The notes beneath the pieces were generated by a model, which worked only from the letters and a program-made list of their open reading frames with translations, searched no databases and was not told the DNA's origin. A DNA stretch of 63,641 nucleotides, the filler included. It is 8 parts of 8 records of this genome, joined end to end, with 100 filler letters (N's around TTAATTAATTAA, not from the genome) between each part and the next. Parts side by side here need not be neighbours in the genome. Positions count along the whole stretch, not along the records: positions 39,258 to 45,881 come from SRR31156797_35995; positions 45,982 to 52,624 come from SRR31156797_35997; 6 more parts are not named here. One strand, 5' to 3'. Below are positions 40,779 to 48,892 of the stretch, piece by piece (position 1 is the stretch's first letter; the number at the start of each line of letters is the position of its first letter). The position numbers were made by a program, and so were the translations under genes.

Positions 40779-41510
40779 ATGCCAACGAGACATTTCCTTA
40801 AAGCCGGTACATTACTGGCCGTAACCTTGCTTATTTCCACGTCGCTTTTTGGGGTCGATACCATCTGGGCTGGTCAGGGAAAAGGCAACAGGCAGGGTGC
40901 ATGCCTTGTCACTCAGGCAGGTACTTTGCAACCAATCAGCAACGAGGAACGCGCTGGACTTACCTACATGTATGAGGAGGAAAAACTGGCGCGCGATGTA
41001 TACACCACCCTGACTCATCATTACCACGCACCAATTTTCAACAAAATCGCTGCAAGCGAACAACGTCACATGGAAGCAGTGCAAAGCTTGCTACAATCCT
41101 ACCAGGTAACAGTTCCTTCAATGGATGCAACCGGGGTATTCACAGACGAAAAGCTTGCCGAACTCTATCAGCAACTGGTTGCCCAGGGTAAACAATCCTA
41201 CATTGATGCACTCCAGGTAGGAGCGACCATAGAAGACCTGGATATTTTTGATCTGCAGCAATATATCGCCGAGACCGATAACCCGGCAATTCTTCATGTC
41301 TATCAAAACCTGGCAAAAGGATCGAGAAATCATATCCGAGCTTTTATTGGTCAGCTGCTGGCAAACAATGTGGAATATACTGCACAATACCTGGACCAGC
41401 AGTCGGTGGACACTATACTTCGTACCCCTAAAGAAAGAGGCCCAGTTGACAGCCAGGGGATAGCAATGTCCAGGCAAAACCGTGGTAACCAAATGCGGCG
41501 CTGGCAATAG
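40779..41510 (+). CDS. Exported ferritin-like DUF2202 protein
   Basis: EEEKLARDVY, IAASEQRH, GATIEDLDIFDL and GSRNHIRAF; signal peptide. Confidence 0.9.
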   Translation: MPTRHFLKAGTLLAVTLLISTSLFGVDTIWAGQGKGNRQGACLVTQAGTLQPISNEERAGLTYMYEEEKLARDVYTTLTHHYHAPIFNKIAASEQRHMEAVQSLLQSYQVTVPSMDATGVFTDEKLAELYQQLVAQGKQSYIDALQVGATIEDLDIFDLQQYIAETDNPAILHVYQNLAKGSRNHIRAFIGQLLANNVEYTAQYLDQQSVDTILRTPKERGPVDSQGIAMSRQNRGNQMRRWQ

Positions 41511-41546
41511 TTCTTTCCACTTTTTACGCAATCCAAGGAGAGCATT

Positions 41547-41876
41547 ATGAAAAAGAAAATGACAACATTAATCTTGGCAGTCCTGGCGGTCTTTACCGTG
41601 AGCGGTGCAGCCTTCAGTGCGGATTACACCACCATGAGCACCGAGGAGTTAAGCAATATCCGTGGCACCTTGTACAACGCTACAGAGGCGGAAAGAAATA
41701 CCTTTCGTAATGAGTGGCAAAAAAGAATCAATCAAATGACACCCGAAGAACGCGCACAGTATATGGGCTCAGGCAATGGTGCGGGAAAAGGTAAAGGTCA
41801 GGGCAAAGGGTACGGTGCTGGAAAAGGGCAAGGATCTGGAAAGGGTAGCGGCCAAGGCCAAGGGAAAAATAATTAA
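41547..41876 (+). CDS. Exported DUF1104-like protein with Gly/Lys/Gln-rich tail
   Basis: ADYTTMSTEEL...RG, EWQKR..MTPEER and GKG/GQG repeats. Confidence 0.8.
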   Translation: MKKKMTTLILAVLAVFTVSGAAFSADYTTMSTEELSNIRGTLYNATEAERNTFRNEWQKRINQMTPEERAQYMGSGNGAGKGKGQGKGYGAGKGQGSGKGSGQGQGKNN

Positions 41877-41889
41877 AAAACAATGACCT

Positions 41890-41927
41890 AAAACTGATGG
41901 GCTTGTAAAAAGTCCATCAGTTTTTTT
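41890..41927. terminator. Bidirectional terminator-like palindrome between convergent genes
   Basis: AAAACTGATGGGCTT-GTAAA-AAGTCCATCAGTTTT. Confidence 0.75.
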
Positions 41928-41995
41928 GGGCGAGTTACACGATCACTCAAGACCCATATGAGCTGACACGTCCTTAAGGCTGGGCATGACAATTT

Positions 41996-43417
41996 TTATA
42001 GCTCTATCGTAATATTGGGATACAATCCTTTCATTGAACCAAATTGAAATGGCTGTATCGTATTGAGTGACAGGTTTTGATTCCTTTGGGCGTGACCGGT
42101 GTTGTTTTCACCGTTAAAAAATGCACCATTGGCGTCAAGAATGTGATCAATGCGATCCTTGAATGCTTTGACAAAGAGGTAACCGTTCCCTTCAAAGTGC
42201 AGGTTACCTTTGCTGAATCCAGTTTTCTCTGCCGTCAGTGCATCAAGGGAAATACTGTTTTGTTCAAGTTCATCGATATTTCTAATTAACCCCCAAACAA
42301 GGTGATCCTTGGGAATATGCATGGGTTCATTAATGTCTATAATGGTATGCGGCATGACGATACAACCTTGCCCAATGTGTAGTCTTGATCCTTTTTTCCC
42401 AAATAAAAAGCTATTAAATCCGACAAAAACATCGCTTTCAAGATCAGATGCAATTATTTTAGCACCATGGGCGGTGACGTTGCAGCCATCGAGCTTGGAA
42501 TCGATAATATAACAATTTTCCTGTGCATTGGAGCCTTTCCCAAGATAGGAATTTTCCAAATAAGCCCTTTGAGAGATGAGAACATTATCAGCAATAGTTG
42601 TTTGGGGCAGGATAACAGCATATCGATCAAGAGATGCGGTTTTTGGCACGGATTCGATTGTTTCAACATTAACAGCATCAAAAACACGTTGAAAAGCGTC
42701 TTCACGTTCCTCTATAAAATCAAATATTATACCATGGGGACGTTCACCAGCTACTACATGTGCATACTTTTCAAGTAAACCAGGATCATGGCGATAGTAA
42801 AAGTTAAACTGATCAGGTGCGTTTACCCATATCGTTCCTGGATCTATTCTCATGTGGCTGATTTCACCTGCCTGAATATAGGAATACGTTCCAATAACAC
42901 AATCCTGAATAGTTGTTAGATCAACAGTAGTAAAGGGGCCCAAAAAGGCTCCATCAGTTGGGGCACCATGGATATTGGCATAATCCATAGCAAGTGTATC
43001 TCTGATAAAGAACACTTCAGGTGTTTCAGGGTCATGTGAAAAATTATGCACCAGGGTTTTAGCCAGGGCAGAGTTTTTAATCTCAATCACCTCGTCATCG
43101 TTAAGGTCTATAGTGAAATTCTGATATTGAAAAGACGCTCCCTTTCTCTTCAACTCGTCTCCCCGAATATCACTTTTATAGAGCAATGAGTTTGAAATTC
43201 GACATTTCCCCAAAAAATAGCTTCCAGCCAACCCTGAATTCTTAAACTCCAAACTCAAGGGGTGATCTGTTGTTATCCCATAAAAAGCATAAAACTTATC
43301 CATTTGCTGAGGCTGAATAATGCCAGCCGAATATGGAGCAGTGTCAAAATCGAGTTCACGGAGATTGATATTTGCCCGCTGAATGATTCTTTCATATAAT
43401 TTTTGAAGTTCGTTCAT
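41996..43417 (-). CDS. Left-handed beta-helix (hexapeptide-repeat) transferase-like protein
   Basis: Repeating I/V-x-x-N/D/S hexapeptide pattern in two blocks; VFVGFNSF and IGQGCIVMPH resemble the gamma-CA/acyltransferase superfamily. Likely start MNELQ. Confidence 0.7.
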   Translation of the reverse strand: MNELQKLYERIIQRANINLRELDFDTAPYSAGIIQPQQMDKFYAFYGITTDHPLSLEFKNSGLAGSYFLGKCRISNSLLYKSDIRGDELKRKGASFQYQNFTIDLNDDEVIEIKNSALAKTLVHNFSHDPETPEVFFIRDTLAMDYANIHGAPTDGAFLGPFTTVDLTTIQDCVIGTYSYIQAGEISHMRIDPGTIWVNAPDQFNFYYRHDPGLLEKYAHVVAGERPHGIIFDFIEEREDAFQRVFDAVNVETIESVPKTASLDRYAVILPQTTIADNVLISQRAYLENSYLGKGSNAQENCYIIDSKLDGCNVTAHGAKIIASDLESDVFVGFNSFLFGKKGSRLHIGQGCIVMPHTIIDINEPMHIPKDHLVWGLIRNIDELEQNSISLDALTAEKTGFSKGNLHFEGNGYLFVKAFKDRIDHILDANGAFFNGENNTGHAQRNQNLSLNTIQPFQFGSMKGLYPNITIEL

Positions 43418-43520
43418 GTCCCTATCCTTTCTCGTAAAAATACTATGTACACAGGATGTGTGCAGCAATTCAAAGGTGCCTCAAGGAGTACTCAATATCG
43501 ACAACCTCAAATATCAGGTG

Positions 43521-44081
43521 TTAAAGCCCCCCCTTATCCCGCATTTCATGAAAAACAGAGGCAAAGACGTCTCCAATTTTTAAAATCCCGACTATTTTCT
43601 CTTGCCTTGTCACAAGGAGCGAGAGATGAGTTCCTGATACCAGTTTATGAATTGCCATATCCAGTGAACTCTCTTCCGAAACAAACTCGCCAGGCGTGGG
43701 CCGCTGCATAAATTCTTCTACTTTTTTATTGGCCATGGTTCGAAAGGACTCTTGGTCGAGTATCGGACCTTCTAATCTGTACTGTTCGCGTTTGTCTGCT
43801 AAATACTGTTCACTGAATTTGAAACGACTCAATTCTTCCACATCACAACCAAGGTCATATCGAGTTTCAATAGCTTTCAATATTCGGAGTTGGCCGACTT
43901 TACCGATAACAACATTATTTTCGTCAAGAACAAGAATCGCTCGATGCTGGTATTTACTCGAGGAATATGCTTCCTGGGCTTCCTCTAAGGCTAAAACAGC
44001 ATCGATTAAAGTAGTGCCGACAGTAACTGTGGCATATTCAGAAATTGGTACCATGAGATCTTTGACACATATCTTCTCCAT
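43521..44081 (-). CDS. CBS-domain protein
   Basis: VKDLMVP..EYATV, HRAILVLD, KVEEFM and LLVTRQEKIVGIL. Confidence 0.88.
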   Translation of the reverse strand: MEKICVKDLMVPISEYATVTVGTTLIDAVLALEEAQEAYSSSKYQHRAILVLDENNVVIGKVGQLRILKAIETRYDLGCDVEELSRFKFSEQYLADKREQYRLEGPILDQESFRTMANKKVEEFMQRPTPGEFVSEESSLDMAIHKLVSGTHLSLLVTRQEKIVGILKIGDVFASVFHEMRDKGGL

Positions 44082-44321
44082 AAATCTTCCTTTTGAGCAA
44101 AATTAAATTCACATCCCAGGCATAGAGAAATTACTGGTGTTTCGACTCCTCCCAAGAACATGTAAAGCAAAAGCTCCTTTTCTCTCCCTGGTCTTCCAAA
44201 TACACACACCATAAAATGGCAAATATTTCAAACAAATATGGATTCTTTTTGGGGTTGAACAGCTATTTCTACGCAGATTACCGCTTTGGGTAATTACCTG
44301 TTCTCTCAAAAACTACCAGCA

Positions 44322-45304
44322 TCATGATCTTTGGTTGGTGGTATACTGGCCTTTTGGTTCTTTTTTTATTGAATAAATTGTCAGCAAACCATCAAAAATT
44401 GTGGTCGCCAATTCGATCCGTTTATGGTCGTCACTCGTTGTAGCTACGATTGAATCTAAAATTGCATGTATTCCAGCTGTCTCAGGAAGGCCAAAAGAGT
44501 CGTCTTTTAGGTCAACATCATGAATCAGCTTTGCAATTTGTTTTAGTCCTCTATCTTGTGGACAAAAGGTATATGCTAAAACCGCAAAAGTACACATATC
44601 GCCCTGATGAGTGTATTCAGCCTCCCGCATATCAAAACGCAATTCGCTTTCGGAAGGTTCGTAGTAAGTTTCTTTTAAGAATTTAAAGGAAGCGGTGTTG
44701 TCAATAAACCGCTCTACAAGCCGGGCACTTGCCATGCGATCCACATAGACGTTGCACTTGGTTACCCATGTGCAGCCTGTAAAAAAACATCGTTGGTGAC
44801 CGGCACAGAATCTTTGCTTTGAGGTCCATGAAAGATGGTTTCCATTTCGTCAAGGTAAGCTTCTGCCTGCGCTTGCTTGGGTAGAGGGAAAAAATCAATC
44901 TTTACAGTTGCAGTAAACGACTTTTTTACTTTCCTTAGCCTGGTCCTGTAATCTAATAAAACTGGATCACTCATCACCTCTGAATGGTATGCACCCATTA
45001 AGGCTTGAGCCTCTTCAAAAATTGCTTCATAATCTACTTGCCTTGCTTTTTGAAATAGTTGAACCACTTGTTCACCTGTAAGCCCTTCAAGCAAATTGGC
45101 ATTAAGAATTTTAGCCTCACCGCCTCGATCGTCTATCTCTTTGGTAATCCAGCTCAGATCTTCAAGGCATTGATCCGTATTTGGCATAGCGTAGACTGCT
45201 TGCTTAATAGAAATTGCAACAATCTGTTGTCGTCTGCGCCAGATTTTAGCTCGAAAAGAAGAAGGCTTTGCAGATATTTGATGGATAAGTAGTAACCAAG
45301 TCAT
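44322..45304 (-). pseudogene. chrB: Chromate resistance protein ChrB split into two frames (frameshifted or recoded)
   Basis: N-half WLLLIHQI...IWRR...IDFFP stops at 44762. The -1 frame continues TWVTKCNVYVDRMASA.L..RFID...FDM..AEYTHQGDMCTF..IHDVDLKD. The junction is a T7 run. Confidence 0.85.
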
Positions 45305-45434
45305 AAAATGAAAATAGCACCCGTGTTGCATCTGTTCAAACATGTGTTATTTTACTTTTTAGGCATACCTGATTTCGGTAGTTCCCATGGAGCTTAAGTT
45401 CATAATTAATACTCATTATTAACAGGAAATTTTT

Positions 45435-45644
45435 ATGGCTGACCCTAAAGATATGCATCAGTGTCAAATTACAAATTGCGGTTTTGTTTATGACCCAGAG
45501 AAGCAACACCGAAAGATCAAGGAGGCTCGCGGGACAAAATTCGAAGCTCTGCCGATGCATTGGAAATGTCCAGTTTGTGGGGCATCAAAGGATAAATATC
45601 GACCAGTGATTGGGACAGGCTCTGTAAAAGAGGATGGTGTGTAA
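45435..45644 (+). CDS. Rubredoxin, C-X4-C (type 2) variant
   Basis: CQITNCGFVYDP...GTKFEALP..WKCPVCGA. Confidence 0.9.
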   Translation: MADPKDMHQCQITNCGFVYDPEKQHRKIKEARGTKFEALPMHWKCPVCGASKDKYRPVIGTGSVKEDGV

Positions 45645-45881
45645 AATAACTCTAGGATACCGAGCAAAACAGCTCTTATAAGAGAAAATACCCGTAATTG
45701 ACCTTCTTTCTGAAGTTACTGTCTTGAGTGGTGGAGTGAATTGCAGGACGGAATCTGAAAAGATCCAGTAGACAAGCAAAGGAGAACCCAAGAGATTTTT
45801 ATTATCGACTTATCATGTCAATCGAAGCTCACTATTCTTTTACATGGTACGAAACGACTATAATGCATCTGATAGAAAGAA

Positions 45882-45981
45882 NNNNNNNNNNNNNNNNNNN
45901 NNNNNNNNNNNNNNNNNNNNNNNNNTTAATTAATTAANNNNNNNNNNNNNNNNNNNNNNNNNNNNNNNNNNNNNNNNNNNN
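45882..45981. other. Artificial contig linker
   Basis: N-run + TTAATTAATTAA + N-run. Confidence 0.99.
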
Positions 45982-47443
45982 CCATTGGAGTTATGATGAC
46001 ATCCACATCCTCGCGGCTGTATCCGAAGGACCTTTGACGCTCAAGAAGCTTTTCCCTGTCGGGCGTAACCGTGCCGGTTCCGCCGAACAAACCTCGCAAT
46101 TCGACGCGGTTGGCTGAAACCCAACGTCGATAAGGCTTGCGGCGGCAGACGTAAGCTTTTATTTCATCGTCGCTTAAAAGGCGGCCGCGCATTGTGTCTA
46201 CTAATATCATTTTGCCGGGACCAAGGCGGCCCTTGCTTTTTATGTTTTCCGGCTCGATATCCAAAACGCCTGTTTCGGAAGCGAGGACGACCAGTCCGTC
46301 CTTGGTGACAACATACCGGGCCGGTCTCAAACCGTTACGGTCCAGGGTCGCCCCTACCTGCCTGCCGTCGGTAAAGACCAGGGCCGCGGGGCCGTCCCAG
46401 GGTTCGGCGAACATGGCGTGGTATTCATAAAAGGCGCGGCGATCGGCGCCCATGTAATACATTTCCCCCCATGCTTCCGGAACCATCATCATCAATGCAT
46501 GGGCAAGGCTGCGGCCGCCAAGAACCAGCAATTCGAGCATATTGTCAAAACAGGCCGAATCGCTGCCGCTTTCGATAATAACCGGAAAAAGCTCCTGAAG
46601 GTCGTCCCCGAAAAGATCGGAATGCAAATTGGCATACCGGGCTTTCATGTTGTTGACATTGCCGCGCAAGGTGTTTATTTCGCCGTTGTGCCCCAGGAAT
46701 CTGAAGGGTTGGGCCAGGGCCCAGGTTGGAAAGGTATTGGTGCTGTAACGTTGGTGCACCACGGCCAATGCACTTTTCATGTTTTCATCGGCCAGGTCGG
46801 GGTAAAAAGTAGGCACCTGGTGGGCCAGCATCATGCCCTTGTAGACTATGGTGCGAGTGGAAAAACTGGGGATGTGAAAATGTTCCATACCCTCGGCGTC
46901 GCACGAATCCACGTGCTTTTCAATGCAACGTCTGATTACATACAGGCGGCGTTCCCGGGCCGCCCCGTCCTGATCCGGGACGCTGACGAAGAATTGTTTT
47001 ACATCAGGGCAATTGGCCCTGGCAGTAAGTCCGACCGCCATCCGGTCGACCGGCACGTCTCGCCAGCCAAGGAATTCGCAGCCTCGGGCTTCGACTTCAT
47101 TTTCTATGATTCGTTTGCATTCAAGGGATGCAAAACGTTCCGATGGAAGAAAGGTCATGCCCACCCCGAAAAAACCGGGTTCCGGGAGTTCGAAATCCAG
47201 GCCGGCTGACTCGCCCCTGAAAAAATCATCGGGGAGTTGAAACAACAGACCGGCCCCGTCGCCTGTTTCCGGGTCGCTGCCGACCGCTCCCCTGTGGGTA
47301 AGGTTCACCAGGACCTTCATGCCCTGTTCAATAATTTCGTGTGTCTTGCGGCCGTCTATATTGGCGACAAAGCCTACGCCGCAGGAATCATGTTCAAATG
47401 AAGGGTCATACAATCCGATTTTTTTTCGTTGTCCTGGTTCCAT
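45982..47443 (-). CDS. gltB: Glutamate synthase large subunit, N-terminal amidotransferase part
   Basis: EHDSCGVGF, HQRYSTNTFP, HNGEINT, EPWDGPA and LDRNGLRP; 3' truncated. Confidence 0.97.
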
Positions 47444-47563
47444 AAATTCGCTAATGCCTCTTGCTATATCTTTTTATTCATCCCTTTGGAGATGAAAGGC
47501 AGGGATGAAAAATTTAATTGTACATTTTGGATGAAAATCAACGCCGTCCAAAATCCAATGGCA

Positions 47564-48886
47564 TCAAGAATCGGCGTCGGCTTTGGTTTCCCGTGTAATG
47601 CCGGTTAAGACGTCTTTGGCGTCCTTGGCCATTTTTTGCACCTTTTCCGCGGCGCCCGCCAGATACAGTCTTTCGTCCAGATGCCCGGATTCCAGGTCTT
47701 CCCAGTCGGATTCCGACCTTCTGCCAAGCAAGGACATCCGGTTGGCCAAAAACCATTGATAGCTGTAAGACCTATTTAGAATAAGGCGTTCGTCGCCGGA
47801 GATCACGCCTTCAGCCGCCAGCCGGTCTATTCCCTTAAGGGGATTGGGTTCCAAAAAGGTCGGATCTTCCGGGGCCAACCTGAATTGAATCAGCCGTATT
47901 CCACGTTCGATATCCAGTAATCCGCCCCGTTTCATGGGGAGTCCTTCGGCCCTGGCCCTGTCCCGGTACCAGGAATTGACGCCGCTTCTAAGCTTTGGGC
48001 CGAGTTCTATGGCTGTTTTGAGAAGGATTGTTCTGGCTGCGGATTCCACGGTCCGGCCCAATCTTTCCTGCCCGACCAAAAAGCGGAGCCTCATTAGGGA
48101 TAAACGTTCTTTTAAAGGGCGCTTTCCCAGAAAATGCTCTTCGAAAGCCGATAAAAGGATGACCAGGGCGCCAGGCAGGAGGGGCGGTTGATTATTGGAA
48201 ATAATATCCTCGGCCATGTGAGCGAATCCTTTACCGGCCGGATCCGGAATGGATAGATAGGACATTGTCCGTCCGGCAAGCCGGTGAAAATATTCCCTGG
48301 CCGGGAGCCATTCTTTTTCCACTCGCCGGGCGGCGGAGAAATCTTTTTCCGTCAGCGCCGGAGCGAATTCCGCGGCGCGTGTATGAACAAAAACAGGCGC
48401 AGGTCCGGTGGTGTACCATGGTTCGCCGGAGCCGAGCCGACTGAGGGAAAAAATGGCCATGGGAGGATTTACGTTACGTCTTTCGAGAATCATGGGATGA
48501 ACGTATTTTTTCCTCAAATTCGATTCCGCAGCCCACCAGGACCCCTGGACCATGAATTCGGCAAGGTTCCTAAGTCGGGCTCTTATCTGGTGGGGCTTGA
48601 TTTTGTCGTCGAGATCGGCCCTGGCCAAGGCAAGCATGGACCGCACTCTCATCCTCCTGAGAGAGAGCAGGGCCTTTTCAGGGTCGTTGAGACTTCTTCT
48701 GAAATCCACCCGGAATTCCTTGATGGATTGGACTTCGTCGTTTCCGGGGATCAGGTCTTCGGCGCCGGAATGGGGAATATCCTTCCATTCTCCGTCGCCA
48801 ACCAGGTGTTCCAGAAAGGGGCTGTTAAGGATCAACTCCTTATCGCTCATCCTTACGGATGTATTTATTGCTACAGACTTGGACAT
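47564..48886 (-). CDS. Degenerate single-module GlnE-like protein (probable pseudo-nucleotidyltransferase)
   Basis: Colinear by eye with one GlnE half (ALARADL, SLSRLGSGE, ERLSLMRLRFLVG, GGLLDIE) but lacks the SDxD motif; starts 6 nt after the glnE stop. Confidence 0.7.
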   Translation of the reverse strand: MSKSVAINTSVRMSDKELILNSPFLEHLVGDGEWKDIPHSGAEDLIPGNDEVQSIKEFRVDFRRSLNDPEKALLSLRRMRVRSMLALARADLDDKIKPHQIRARLRNLAEFMVQGSWWAAESNLRKKYVHPMILERRNVNPPMAIFSLSRLGSGEPWYTTGPAPVFVHTRAAEFAPALTEKDFSAARRVEKEWLPAREYFHRLAGRTMSYLSIPDPAGKGFAHMAEDIISNNQPPLLPGALVILLSAFEEHFLGKRPLKERLSLMRLRFLVGQERLGRTVESAARTILLKTAIELGPKLRSGVNSWYRDRARAEGLPMKRGGLLDIERGIRLIQFRLAPEDPTFLEPNPLKGIDRLAAEGVISGDERLILNRSYSYQWFLANRMSLLGRRSESDWEDLESGHLDERLYLAGAAEKVQKMAKDAKDVLTGITRETKADADS

Positions 48887-48892
48887 GTTTTT

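Noticed and set aside
41766-41870. GKG/GQG low-complexity repeat as a tandem DNA repeat or collagen-like element
   Set aside because: It is simply the Gly-rich coding tail of the DUF1104-like protein, with varied codons.
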